Shown piece by piece: positions 24,346-38,359 of a stretch of 64,000 nt of DNA. Under the pieces are notes generated by a model, which had not been told where the DNA came from, ran no database searches, and was given only the letters and a program-made list of their open reading frames with translations. The position numbers were made by a program, and so were the translations under genes. This stretch comes from Lama guanicoe (Eukaryota), in the NCBI GenBank assembly GCA_013239625.1, contig MU053379.1, forward strand, positions 380,490 through 444,489, read 5' to 3'. Position 1 is the stretch's first letter. Each line of letters opens with the position of its first letter.

Positions 24346-27300
24346 TTCCTTTTCAAAACATGTTTGCTTTATGTTTCACTTGTACATACAAACTTCTCTG
24401 CCAGACAAAGAAGGGACCCATGGCAAGGTCTTCATTCTAAGGACAGAGATGCTTATTTCTTATTTCACTGTCTCATGTGTTTATATCCAACTCTTTCATC
24501 CAGTAAGATACCTTGACACCACAGAGACAGAATGGATCAAACACATTGGCATAAAAGTCCCAGTTCTGTCACTGTCCATTTAGCATCCTCTAGCCTAGCT
24601 GAATCTCAGTTTCCTCATAGATGAAATGGAAGAAAAAAACAATACAGAGGGCATGATGCAGAACATGTCAAGTCCAGGTGACACTGGGTAGGCACTGAAT
24701 AAATAGATCTCATCAGTCCTTTGTTCCATCTCAACCATTTCCTACTTGACACAAGTTAAAACAAAGGACATGTATACTCTAAGATTAGTAAAATAGAATT
24801 AATTAAATGCATGAAAGAGAGGATAACCAAATACATTGGGAGCTAAAATAGTTCCTGTAATGAGGTATCATATATGTCTCTGAACCTACTACAAGACAAG
24901 GCAAAAATCAATGAATGTCCCAAAAAAGTATACCAATGCTTCAAAAGAAATGAAACCTAAACTGGCAACAAATAATGATACTTTTCTCACGTGAAACATT
25001 GTGAATGAATGCCATGATAGGTGTCCGTATACCAATTTCACTTTAAAATGCTGACCAGGTTTTTACATGGATCTTTTAATAAGGAACTTGCATAATAAGT
25101 TGAAAGGTTAACATTTCAGTTCAAATGATTCTGGAGGGGATTAAGCTGATATGGTCTAAGAGTGATGCCTGACAGTAATCCAATACAAGGGCAGAATCCA
25201 GAAAGCATAACCACTCTGAGTGCTATGGAACAAGGAAGTTATTATAAAAATTCTACTTTACACAACTATGGGAGGTGCTGAGGAAGAAAGGGTTCAGAAA
25301 GGAAAGCTGGAAGATCGGGGAGGACAGCCAAGCCGGCCTCCTGCAGCCCTGCCGCGAGTGGATGTGTTACAGCTTCCAGGGGAATTTGAAATCCAAGCAC
25401 ATCCTGCAACCGGAGTGGGACCTTCCCCCTCCCTCACTCTGCCAGGGCTGTGTAATAGTAAGATGAGTAACTCCACGCATTTGCTTAAAGCTGCCAAGCA
25501 CACTGCCATAACATTCTGGTTTTGGGAATTCATTTCGGTATGCCTGGGAATCTAAACACTTGAAGTCCTCCTCCGTCAAAGTCACACACACCCAGTCTGT
25601 AATTTGGGCCAGAATATTATATGCCCACTCACAAATCCATTTCAAGACATTCTTGTTAGTATATTGTTCTTAATGTTCTCGCATAATTAAGGTCTTTGCT
25701 GTATTGTCTGTACGTTAGACTCTGGTGAGAAGGAGTTTTGTTCTGACAGCGAAAGCATAGCCTCTCATTTTGTTAAAAGGGTAAAAGTACCAATGATCTG
25801 GGCTGAAGCAGAGCAAGAAGTAAAGGTGGCCATCCTTGTTTTTGCATCACCCATAACACTATTATCCAAAAATTATGACCAAAATCATCAAAGTAGACCC
25901 TCCCCAAAGACCCTAGGAACCCCTAAAGACAGACCACCAGTTTCAAAAAGAAATTTATTAAATACTTTGCACTTTATTTTTTTCATGAGCAGAGAAACTT
26001 CTAATAAGCCAAATTCCTAAGAGAAGGAGAAGCTGTTAACTAAAAACAACTTGCATATTAAGTCCAAAGACTGGACCATGTGCTCTGAACATATTTTAGT
26101 TTTAAAGCATCTGCTAACTGTCCCAGGATGGGCACACCACAGGTTTGTTTGACTTATCCTCTGCTGACATGAATAAATCATGACAGAGATGGAACACAGC
26201 TCTCAGTGTTTTCTCCCTGTTGCATTTCACTGGACTCAATCAGTCAGTATTCATGCAGCTTTGAGTAATGACAATGAATTTTAGCTGTTTATTTGTGTGC
26301 CATTTAAGGAAGCTTCCATGGCTCTGTTGTATGATCCACATATTAGTGGTCAGTACAACAGGAAAGGTATTTTACTTTCTGTAATTTATGTGCTTTCTAT
26401 AGCGGGTGCCAAATAAGTCCACAAAGGGCTCTTGAGTACCTTTGTGCATTTGGATGTGTATGTTTATCAGAAGAAATTCAAGGAGGTCTTGAGCTCCATA
26501 TCTGTGTTAATAAAATGTTGTGAACAGCTTTCTGTGGGTACCATGAGTCTAGCAGTGAAGGCTGAAGAAGTAGTCTTCAGGAACTTTCAGATAACTTTAG
26601 GAGAATTAGGATTTCCCCAGGCCATCCAGCTGGGGCCTGGGACAGTTCTATTCAGGTCCCAAAGTTTGGAAATTTCAATGCTGATCTCTGGGTTACTTTT
26701 TATCTATGTTTGTCTCTTTACTTTCATGTTTGCTTATTTAAAACCCAAGATAACCTTGTGAACAAGGTAGTTCATATATTATTTGGGGAGAAAAGAAAGT
26801 TCCACAAGGTTACACAGCTTGTCCATCATCATTCTGATACAGCTGGGAAACTATGTCCTGAGATCCTTTAATGTTTCTGTCACCACACCAGAGACTTTTC
26901 CCAAATCAGAGGATGAAAGGTACGAGGTTGAACATAAGGTGGCTTTCAAATGCTTGCATTTCCAAGTGATGCTGGTTAGAACTGTGATTCTAAGTGCATT
27001 CTGTGCTTTTGGAGAACATGATCCAAAACTGGGAAGATGCTTTCTGCTTCTGTTTGGTAATCTCATCAGATTAATTTTCTCATTTTTGCAATTTGTTCCA
27101 GGTTCTTTTCCCATCTTCACACCAGTTCATTTTAATCTAAAAAGTTCCTACAGTGCTCCCATTAATATTAAATGCTACATTTTAAACTTAAGATCTTTAC
27201 TATCAGGGCTGCAAAACTTCTCAAGACTGCCAGATGGAGAAATCTTTCTCATTAACTATTCATTTGACATTTTCCTGAGAAATTGCAATTTTTGTTTCTT

Positions 27301-28469
27301 TTATAATGATCAGACTAAACAGACTTAAAAAAAGACCTATATCTTTCTCTTGGTTAGTGTTGTTAGAAGTAACAATGATTTAATAAGGTAAAACCTTAGA
27401 TTTAAATTTTGATTTCTCCCAAAACCACAAAAGTAGTATTTTTTGTATGAGCTAATTTATTCTTATCCTATCCTTTAATTTTTTAAATCATTTCTGGACA
27501 TATTACATAGAGTAATCATTTCTCAGCCCAGGGAAAATAATGGAAGAAATAGTGAAAAATTATTTGTGAGTACTAGAAATAATAGAAATGTATCTGTGTA
27601 CACATGTAGACATTTGGAGTACTTCCAACCTGTCGTCTTAAGAGTTATCTTCACCATGGCCTCTTATTTTGAAACTGCTTCTCAGAGGTCTCACATTTGC
27701 TCCTATCTTCATGGTAAATTGTTTTAGCATGGTAACATGCTTAGATCAATGGATGGCAGCAGTAATGCTAGTATCAGTCATGTACATATGTGCAGCAACT
27801 GGGAGACAGATGATATTGCCCCCTCCTTCTTTTAGCCAGTACAGTTTGCTCTTCTGGAGGATGCCTTTAGTACAAAGTAATTTCCAGGAAAGCCTGAAGG
27901 CACATCAGTTAAGCATTAAGAATTCTTTCAGCTCACCTGGTCCTCAGAGGGAGGAGGGAAATACGCAGCAGCATGGACTCAACCAGAACCATGGACAGAG
28001 CCACCACATGGCTGCTTTAGCTGGTTCTCAGTGCTGTCACCCAGCAGAGTTCTGCAAATTTTATCTCTACTGAGCCTCTCTCTCTCTCTCTCTCTCTGTC
28101 TCTTTCGTTTTCTAGCCCTCAATGTTAGGATCTCCTGGTTGTTCACGATTTTGAATTCTGGTCCTAGGTCTTGGGAACTTTTCCCTCAAATCCTGATTTT
28201 CCCATTTTATCTGTGCCTCTGTGCCTCCTAACAGAGTTTTCCTTAATATTACTTCAGTTGCCCCAAATATATGTCACATTTTGTTCTTGTTTGTTTGTTT
28301 GTTTTTACTTTGGCTACTGTTTTTATCCAGCTGGCCTCCCAGAAGGCTGAGATTTGTTTTGATTATATTTATCATAACTGCTGTGTTTAAATATGTAATA
28401 AGCTTAATGCAAATGTGTTCTAGCTCCTGAAAATATGTAAAACATGTGTCATATTTTATATAGGTAGCA

Positions 28470-28965
28470 TGTCAGTCAAGGTGCCAGCAAGAAAAAGATA
28501 GGATAATTGAAGAGAGTTTACTAAGGGACTGCTAACAAATGCATGGGGGGATCAAGCAAATTCAGTGAAGCATAGTCAAGCCCCTGGGCCTAGCAACCTA
28601 CAACCTACAAGAACCTATCCCTTCAGCCTGAATAGACAGGGGAAGGGAGTGGTTAGTGGAATCTGGAGAGGGGGTTTATATGGAGAGGTTCCCCAAGAAA
28701 GCTGCAGCATTTAGAAAAGGAATGAAGTCAATATATGTTGACCCAAAAGGGAGGTAGCCTGGAAAATAAAATCCTTGAGTTGATTCTCCTGTCCCACCGT
28801 CCAGTTCTTTTAAACAGTTCTTCCCATTGGCTGAATCCAGTGAGGTGCCATAAAACAATGAATCTTACTGATGAGATCCATAAAAGTCAACCTCCCAAGC
28901 TGAGCACACATTGGAGAAAGGCAGAGAGGAGATGTGAAGGGGAAAACAGAAATTATCAGACAGAT
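28470..28965 (-). mobile_element. ERVL LTR (LTR33-like)
   Basis: TGTCAGTCAAGGTGCCAGCAAGAAA...TAATTGAAGAGAGTTTA...TTCCCATTGGCTGAATCC...GAAATTATCAGACA. Confidence 0.6.
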
Positions 28966-31004
28966 ATAATAGTCATACTGAGGTCTGCATAATAAAGCAT
29001 AACAATGTTGAAAATTACAAAGAAATTGTAAACTCAGATTGTATTATAGAACCCAATTTATCCATATTCACCACCTGGTGCTTATAACAAGTAGCTGACC
29101 TCAGCAGTCTCTTGCTCAAACATTTTTGTCTCTCTTGAGTATCAAAACCCATTATTCTTCATGCAATTCCCCACTCAATACCACTCACTTAATAAGTTAG
29201 GCAAACAAGAGTAGGTAACTCACCATTGTCTAACACTCTAGCATATGTCTGAAATGCCTTCAGACTTACATATTCAGCCATATGTGAACGATTGACTTCA
29301 TGTTCTACCAAAATATCTTCCTCAATTCAGTGATTTAGCTTTTAAAATTCCCCTTGATTAAGGCTGAACATAACCCTTGAAATCTGCACACAGCCACAGT
29401 GCTGTGGTTTCTGACAAATCACCTCAGCCAAAAGACGCAAGCTCATGCCTCTTAGTTATTCGTCTGTTCTTGCCAAGGGAACTTGCCAGCTCCTCCCGGC
29501 ACATGTCTCCTGGGAAAGATGAGAGGAGAAATAACAAGGGCACCTTGAAGTAACAATGTAATTATACATAAAGTACTGTGGGCAAGGCTGAAAGCTGAGA
29601 TGATTTTGCCATCTCATGTGGAACTGAGAACAAGAGCCCTCCATTCCCTGCCAGTGAGAGAAATATGAAGATTCATTCTAGCATAGATGTGTATCTTTTC
29701 ATAGCTTTATTTTATCACCATTTGAATCCTGGAATTTACACACTGCTACATGGTAAAATGACTGACTGACCTCCGCTCATGAAGACTGAACCCATGATTT
29801 GACTTTGCTACCCCTGTGCTTTAACCAGCTGAATCAACGCATCACCAACAAGTTACCAGATACGAGTTTGTGAGACTACGAGCTATCATTGCCTGTTGGG
29901 CCCATGAAAATAGAGTGATCTTTCTTAACATCCACAGATAAATAACCAGTGCATTAAATATCTGTCTCCCTGCTCAGCATTCAGAGAATGTATCATATAG
30001 CAGCAGACAATTTACATCTTAGCTTTGTTGTAGTCAACATGTTTCAATGTAGCTCTGCTTTATAAATTGCCCCTCATTCATTGTCCATCTTTGCTGAATA
30101 GGAATTGTAATAAACATATGTTATTTTTAATCTATCTAATGTCTTACCCCTTTTTCTGGGGGAAAATCCCCTTGTTTTCCTTTGTCTAATAAAAATGTCT
30201 CTGTTCTTAGTATATGTAGTTCATGTCATGTGTAAGCTCCAGAAGAAGGCACAACACATAAGCCTTGTTAGTAGCTGAGTTTCATCCTCTAGACCCTGCA
30301 ATTGGGGAAGAATTGGTCACACACAATATGTCAAGTTAATGAACTTCTATTCCAATATTCTATTAAAAAATCACTGGGGAAAAAGCTCCCTTTCCTCTGA
30401 GGTTAAGCCAACAAAGAGGATAACAGACTCTAACATGAAAATGGAGGAAGTTCCGGATTAAGCCATACCTGAATCTGTATCTACCTGCGGACTGTTAAAG
30501 GATGCAAAACAAGAAATTTCCTTCATTGTTTAAATGATCTAGTTTTGTAGTTTTATCACCTTTAACCAGAGGAAGAAGGAGGAAAAGGAGGAATAGGAGG
30601 AAGAAGGAGAAGAAGAGAAATTATTCTGATTAATACAATCTGGAATGTGTTCAAAAGTCTAAGGTCACATAACTAGATTCCATTACCTTTTCTCAACTCT
30701 GGGCTTCATATATTGTATCATGGTTCAGTCTGAACTGATCTATTTTGTGGCAAGATCAACCTTACTTCTATTATCCTCAAACTGAACATGGAATTTTAAG
30801 GCAGATTCAGACCCTAGCAATGCCTCGCTTGGCTATTCTGAAGAAATGTCCAAAAGGACACCCACTCTGATTCTTGAGGCCTCTAAGAGGAGAGTGATTC
30901 ATTCTTCTACACAGAAATTAAATTGTTAAAATGTTACTTCCCAACACTTTAGAACAATATATCCCAAATGTATAATAGATATTAATTCAAAAATCAACCC
31001 TTAA

Positions 31005-31144
31005 GGAGGAGGGTATAGCTCAAGTGGTAGAGCACATGCTTAGCATACACAAGGTCCTGGGTTCAATCCTCAGTACCTCCTCCAAAAATAAATAAGTAAA
31101 CCTAATTACCTCCCCCTCAAACAAATTTAAAAATTTAAAAAAAT
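31005..31144 (+). mobile_element. tRNA-Ala(AGC)-derived SINE, camelid Vic-1-like
   Basis: Head GGAGGAGGGTATAGCTCAAGTGGTAGAGCACATGCTTAGCATACACAAGGTCCTGGGTTCAATCCTCAGTACCTCC resembles tRNA-Ala with pol III A and B boxes. It is followed by a non-tRNA body and A-rich tail, with TSD AAAAAT(CA/TG)ACCCTT at 30989-31002 and 31145-31158. Confidence 0.85.
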
Positions 31145-31279
31145 AAAAATTGACCCTTTAAAATGACCCCTGAGTTAATCGTGTAAATTCTCTTTCAATC
31201 ATTTAAATTGGCTTGAGAAAATATGTTTTTCAATTAAAATGTCTATGGATTCTGGTCTTTACTTGGTGTTATAGTTTGG

Positions 31280-31690
31280 ATTACTGTTCAGTAAATATCT
31301 TCTCCTCTCACTCTCCCACTAAGAACAGAGTTAAGCTTGGCCATATGACCTGCTTTGGCCAACTGAATATTTGTTGACATGATACAATGACGGTCATGAG
31401 TATTATTCCATGGCATGGCTTAGGCTTTGACCTCCAGTGATAAGTCATAAGAGCTTGCCTCAGGTAATCATTGCCACTTCATCCTGGGCTTCAGGAAAAA
31501 ATATATGTGGAGAAGATCTAAGCTAAACTCACAGGCTGGAGCCAGGCTGAGCCAACCTGCAGCTTTAAGTAAAGCCACTCAGCCAAGCATAGCCTAGATC
31601 AGCCAAACCACAAGCAACTGAGCATAAGAGTAAAACACTTGCTGTAAGTTACTGAGTTTAGAGTGGTTTGTTACACAGCATTATTGTGGA
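31280..31690 (+). mobile_element. MaLR LTR (MLT1-family)
   Basis: CTTGGCCATATGACCTGCTTTGGCCAA...CCTAGATCAGCCAA...GTGGTTTGTTACACAGCATTATTGTGG. Confidence 0.7.
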
Positions 31691-32440
31691 CTGCCATAAT
31701 TTGCATAACTTCACTGCCATGTTTCAGGTACCATAGCAAAGCTCATGCAGCCAGTAGACCTTAAGAGATATGAGATACATGAGAGAAATAAGTGCTATAA
31801 TATTTCTATAATATTATTGAAAATTAAACCTAAACAGAATCTTGACAAATCAACATAAGCAAATACTACCCCCAATTTTTCATCGAAGCTCAGACGATGA
31901 AGCCAACTACCTCAGGTCACGTGACTAAAATGACACAGAACCAGCATTGAACAAAGGAATTTTCACTTATAGTCTCACAATCCTGCCACAAAACCTCTCT
32001 ACCCTCTTTCCAGTATTTATAGGCTGGTAATTTGAACTTAACTTCAACATCTCACTCTTCTCATATTGGCGACTCTGATTCTGTCTTCCCCTGGCATTTG
32101 GCTAGGGACTATCCTATAGCTGAATGTAGAATATTTAAAAAACCAGACATATTAGACATCTGCAAAGGTTTTCAGTATCTGAGAAGGGAGGAAATGCCAA
32201 TTTGTCTGCTCTGTTTTATCCACTGTGGATAAAGAGTGCCTTTGGCCAAGACTGCTTCCAATTCCCTGAAAGTCTGTATTCTGGAAATCTGAGTCTAGTT
32301 TGTTAGGTTTTCTTTCATCCAAGATGCTAATTGTTTTAGTGGATACACTCATATTTCCATGTTATTTGAATATGTCCTATTAAAGACATTATAAATATCC
32401 CTCTAGCAAAAGTAATTGAGATCTCATAGGTTGTTTAAAC

Positions 32441-32673
32441 CAGAAGTCACAAACTCAGATGGCTTTATGAGCCAGGTCAGGGATATAAAATATATGAGTC
32501 AGGTGGCTGGGTGAGGACTGCAGCAAACTGGACATCTCAGTCCCTATTATGTTTGGGAGAGGGGGAAATGGTAGCTACTAACTCTAGCTAATTGTGATCA
32601 CATTGCCAAATCTTTGATTATTCTAAAAGAAGCCACTTTTTGGAATTTTTTATGTGGGAAATGATCCATTTTT
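32441..32673. mobile_element. hAT-Charlie DNA transposon remnant (MER102-like), split by the L1 (remainder ~33440-33500)
   Basis: CAGAAGTCACAAACTCAGATG...TTGCCAAATCTTTGATTATTCTAAAAGAAGCC...TTTTATGTG matches the MER102 pattern as recalled. Confidence 0.55.
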
Positions 32674-33422
32674 TAAATAGAAATATAGTCACTTTACAAT
32701 GTGTTAATTTCTGGTTTCAGTTGTACATATACATACATATATTCATTTTCAGATTCTTTTTTATTATAGGTTACTGCAAGACATTAAATATTGTTCCCTG
32801 TGCTATACAGAAGAAATGTGTTGTTTATCTATTTCGTATATACTGGTTAATATTTGCAAATCTCAAATTTGCAATCTATCCTTCCCACCCCTTTCCCCCT
32901 GGGTAACCATAAGATTGTTTATTATATCTATGAGTCTGTTTCTGTTTTGTAGATAAGTTCATTAGTGTCTTCTTTTTTCTTTTTTTTGGAGTCCACATAT
33001 GAATGATATTATATGGTATTTTTCTTTCTCTTTCTGGCTTATTTAACTTAGAATGACAATCTCCAGGTCCATCCATGTTGCTGCAAATGGCATTATTTTA
33101 TTATTTTTTATGGCTGAGTAGTATTCTATTGTGTAAGTATACCGCAGCTTCTTTATCCAGTCATCTGTTGATGGACATTTAAGTTGTTTCCATGTCTTGA
33201 CTATTGTAAATAGTGCTGCTATGAACATTGAGGTTCATGTGTCTTTTGAATTAGAGTTCCCTCCAGATATATGCCCAGGAGTGGGATTGCTGGATCATAT
33301 GGTAAGTCTATTTTTAGTTTTTTGAGGATTCTCCATACTGTTTTCCATAATGGCTACACCAAACTGCATTCCCATCAACAGTGTAGGAGGGTTCCATTTA
33401 TCCACACCCTCTTTAGAAATTA
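32674..33422 (-). mobile_element. 5'-truncated LINE-1 (ORF2 tail + 3' UTR), antisense
   Basis: Minus-strand [30 protein letters not shown]...; 17-bp TSD GGAAATGATCCATTTTT at 32657-32673 and 33423-33439 in a TTTT/AA endonuclease context. Confidence 0.9.
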
Positions 33423-36400
33423 GGAAATGATCCATTTTTAAAGGATGATGACTATTTTTAACACTGTAATCCACACAAAGCATGGTTATGAACTGGGTGC
33501 CACTAGTATAAGTTAATACATCATGGGCTATATTACTAGAAATTAAGAATACTGTGATTATGTCTTATGTGAATTATAATCTCATGATTGTAGAATTTTA
33601 AAAGAGAAAATAATTCTATAAAAGCCACTAAGTATTGTTTTCAGTAGCTAGTTCCAGAAATTTGTTTCTAAGGTGTACTTTTTGATTCACTCTCTTTAGT
33701 ATCATAAGAAGAAAAAATGGATATTGTATGATGAAGTTTTCTAAAAATAAACCATGTGCCATGTTTCTAAAACCATGAAATGATAAAGGATTTTCAGAAG
33801 AAATAGAAAATAGGCTAACTGAAATCACAGCCATAAATTTATAACTGTTCTTCCAGCATGTTAAATAACATTATATATCAATTTCTCTACTTGGGTGAGG
33901 TCATCCAAACCATTACAAAAGAGTATGTAATTACCAAAAGAATTTAGGTCTAAGTAAAGACTTTCCTAGAATCATGTTTCTTTTAATGGCAGAGTTAGCC
34001 TTAAAAAAAAAAACTTGTACATATATTTTAATGTTTTAACTTTTATTTTACACATAAAATTTTTATCTTTTTAAATTCTAGTTTATATTTGCTAACAAGC
34101 CATGCACTTTGTTCTCTCTGAATTATTTCTATGTTATAGGTAGTTTGAGGAGATCAAAAAAATCTCCCTTTTAAAGATAATTTTCATAATCATTCAAAAA
34201 ATGAATTGAGGAAGATTTGCTGTTTTTTTTAAGACTGTGAAACAGAAAAAGAAATAACACAAGGTAGAGAATTCATGAATAGTTAATCACTTTCTACAGA
34301 CAATAAGCAATGTTCCAATAAGACCTGAGAAATAACTAATTAATTTTCCAAGTGAGCACACACTATTCTGTAGTCCTGTAGACCTAAAGAGGGATCTAAA
34401 GATAGTGAATACCAATGTGTTCTTAATTTTCAAAAGAAGATGAAAAGGGCCCTGGGTGCTCATTGTGTAGCTTCTTCAAATCCTAGCAAAATAATAGAAC
34501 CTAAATTAGCATAAAAAATAAATGTTTACTGTCCTGAAAAATAAAAAAGCAATGAGTAGCTTCTGTTTATGAAGAGTTGATTAGTTCGAATAAATCTGAT
34601 GGCTTGTTGATGAAGTTAGAAAATGAATACAACTCAAAGTACTCTAGATTTAATGCCTTGATGATAATAAAACACTTGATAAAGCCTCATGAGTTCTCCC
34701 CACAGTATTAATTTAAGACAGCTTAGATAACAAAAGTCAGCTGAGATTTTGTAACTGAAGGAAAAGCAGAGATAGGTCATTTAAGAAAAAGGAATAAGTT
34801 GGTAAAAGTTACAGGAATGAAAGGTAAGACATGTGAATCCCTCTGAATTAAAGGGAGTGAGTATACACCAAGGCACTAATTAAAATTTCCTGAATTTTAA
34901 ATTACAGCAAATATGAGGAAGTAAATAAACACCACAGGAAAATGAAGTGAGATCTTGGAAAATAAGAATTGTCTGGAGAAAACTATAAAAACTTGGTCAA
35001 TGTTGATTTCAAAATCTGGCAGAAAGCTGTAAGATGATACGGTACTTCAGAAAGCCTGAACATGGAGCAGTGTCATTAAAGGAATCTACTTGAAAAGTTT
35101 AGTAATATACTATGATAATAGAGAGTTGTGTACCCAATGAAATTATTACTGCATTTAAAGTGTTCAAAATGAATGCAACAGAAATGGAAAATCCTAACCT
35201 AATTTCTAACAAAGTTGTATTTTAAACTGTACCTTCTGTTGTTCATATCTTATTCCCCTTCATCCCACCCAAGTTGATTACTCCTCCACCAAATTGAACA
35301 GAAATGAATGGAAACATAAGATCTTTTCCCCAATGGCCCAAAGAATATTCAAAGATCCAACAGCCTCTCCTGGGGCTGCTTCTAGTTTTCTCTCTCCTCT
35401 GCAGTGATGGGTTTCCCTTGACCAAAAGATCCCAAAATTCTCCCCAGAAATACATCTGCATAGGAAGACTCCCAATCATACCTTGGGTGGTTTGGGTTCT
35501 GTTAGTCTATGTACATATAGGTCTGTTGGGTTATAGTTATGAAGCCATAAAATGAGAATATTCTGGTCTCTTCAGGACCACATCTTCAAAGAGCCTGTAG
35601 GGAGTATGTGTCATACCTGAACCAGAACCAAATACCCAAGTTTTCTCTACATATACAACAGTACCTTAAATAGTAAGAATCTCGATACTGATGGTTTTCA
35701 TGTTTGATACTGTTAGCCAGTTTGTACCAGTTGTTCTTTCTTCAAATCCATAAAATTAGTAAACACAAGACTCTTTGAGAGAGGTTACATAAAAATAAAT
35801 CAGTCTATCATTGACCACCATACTGTTATTTTAAAAAAGCATGACTGTACTCAACATTCCTCAAGCTACTGATAATGCTTTGTACATCATAGTCTGTACT
35901 TCAGCATCTCTTTGAAATTGTGGGCTTTTGGACCTGGAAAGTATCTAATTCAACTGTCTCCTTTTACAGATAAGGAGACAGAGAGGCTTTGAGAAATGCA
36001 TTGGTTCGGTCCAAGTGGCACAGCCAGTGACAGCAGAGCCTGCAAAAGAGTTCTTTTCAACTGGATTGCATTTCAGTCCTTGAAATATCTGTCTGCCTTT
36101 TTCTCTTCTGTTCACCTTCTTACACCAAAGTTACTAATGGTAATCCAAAAGTGAGCTAGAAATAGTTCTCTAAAACTCATAGGTGCACGTGGATGTGTAT
36201 TTGTATTTCAAAAAATGTCAATACATTTCCTCCACTTACTTACTACATTGTTAAGTGTTAGAATTTATCATTTGCATACAAAAAATCTATTTTCATTTTC
36301 TATGCTGTTCTGACAATATTATGATGAGCTGTATTCTATGTAAACCACTAAAAATGGCTTATTTTAATCAGCCATCCAGGCTTTATTTAGCTTGTACCTA

Positions 36401-38242
36401 ATTTTACATGGTTTTAATTATTTAAAATGCAGATACATAAGATTCAACATTTACTAGCATTTCATCTTTGGAATTTATTTAGGAAATGAAGTATTGCTCT
36501 GTGGTTTCAGAAAAAATTAATAAATACCTCTGAATAGATGGTAATTTCATGTTCATTTTCAGAAAGAGTTAGCTACATTAGCAGCACTATTTCCCAACAC
36601 CCATAATCATCTAAATTGACTTATTTCATGCTCTTCAGATCTATTTTTCTAAAGACTTAGATTTTTATCTCTGTTGCTGCTTTTGAAGTGCTTTGCATGA
36701 TTGTGAATCCATCTAATGTAATTTTCACATTTGGTGCCATTTTTCTCAAGTGACAATACATGGCAGGAAGAACGACTTGGTATTTCTTCATGCCAGCCTA
36801 GTACTTCTACTCAAAATATGGACAAAATATAAGGAAGAGAGAGAAAGGAAGAGCTGAAGATCCCTGAGTAACAGAACTTTATGTTAAAATCAAACAGATA
36901 GACGATGAGAGGTAAACTGTGAAGTAAGGTAAGGTGATTTTTTTTTAATCTTGGCAAAAATGAGCCTCTGACCAGTAAAGAACTGAGGAACTAGAGTAGC
37001 TCTCTTCCTTTTTATTAATATTTTCCTAGAAACCTTGTCTCTACTCTGGTCCTTTTCATCTTTATCTTGTGTCCTATCACCTCCTTAGCACCTCACTTAA
37101 ATTTTCTTACAGGAATTCAAGAACTACTATTGCAAATAATAATAAAAACTGCACACAGATGTCTTATGCTTTAATCAAAGTCTTCAATAATACCTACATT
37201 TTTATTTGGCAATACTTGAATGTGTTTGGAGAGAGCCAGTTTTGTCAACAATGAGATCTGTTTCAAGGACAGTGTGTCCCATGGCATTGTGCATATTTAT
37301 TTCTACAATTAGTGTTTTTCTTGTGTAGAACCTAACTTAATGCTAAAATGAAAAGGGGAGACTCTGAAATATATATGTGTGTATGTGTAATGTGTCAATA
37401 TTGTAGTCTCTCTCTCTCTTTCTCTCCCTACCTCCTTCTCAGACTTGGGTACGTTCGGTTGCATACACTGAAGCCTCTAGGGAAAAAAAATCTCCTACTT
37501 ACCCAAGTAAGGCAGGATTTGAACTTTGGAGCCACACAGTCTAGATCAGTGTACATATTCTTTTAACTCAACGCTATTTGCGTTCCTTTAAAACAACGAC
37601 TCTCATTTTCTTGCAGACATCACCTCCCTGCTTCCTCTCACTAAGGCATGAAGAAGTCATGTAGATAAGTTGTTTGTAGAACGTGAGTGCACTTTTCTTA
37701 ACTGGATAATTTAGTTGACCCCCTGCCACTTGGCCCGAATTCGCCCTAGTCAAGACGCTCAACTGGAGCCTTGGCCCAGCGCCTGGGAACTCTGGCTGCG
37801 CCTTCCGAAAAGGCAGCACCCTCTCTCGCTGTCCTTGTGCAACCAAACGAACGTACCCAAGTCTGAGAATGCACCTCCAGGCATGTCAACCCCAGCCGCG
37901 GCTTTCTTGAAGGCAGTCTCCGCAGAGCAGCCCAGACTCCTTGAGGAGTCCCATCTAGTCACACTTACTGGTGGGGGCGAGCCTGATCTCCTGCCAGGCT
38001 TCCCAGCTGTTTAGTTCCAGACCTGCCTGGAGCCTACATAAAAAAAATTTTAAAACAGCTCGTTCCTGCACTCTCGCCCCCACGAGTCACCCCAGGAAGG
38101 CTACTTTTCCCACCCACCCCAGCCCCGCGCCAGGAAGGGAAGCAACCCTCCCCTGGGATTTGCCCAAAGTGGCGGGAGGAGGATTAATATTTGCTTTTTT
38201 ATTGAGAGAAGGAGAAGCAAGTATGCCTTGAGCGCTTGACTC

Positions 38243-38285
<43 letters not shown>

Positions 38286-38313
38286 TGTGTGTGAGAGAGA
38301 GAGAGAGAGAGAG
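38243..38313 (+). repeat. Compound (GT)n(GA)n(GT)n(GA)n microsatellite upstream of the PCSK2 promoter
   Basis: Direct reading. Confidence 0.97.
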
Positions 38314-38359
38314 TTGTTTTGCAGTAGAAAATAAGCAGGGAAGAGGAATAGGGAGAGGC

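Noticed and set aside
24246..24516. His-rich and Ile/Thr-rich ORFs
   Set aside because: Translations of a degenerate (CAT)n repeat.
26432..27328. 109-aa and 181-aa ORFs in unique-looking DNA
   Set aside because: Non-ATG track starts, no recognisable domain and no convincing exon structure.
31005..31080. Functional tRNA-Ala gene
   Set aside because: Stem mismatches, a SINE body and A-tail instead of a T-run terminator, and flanking TSDs indicate a tRNA-derived SINE.
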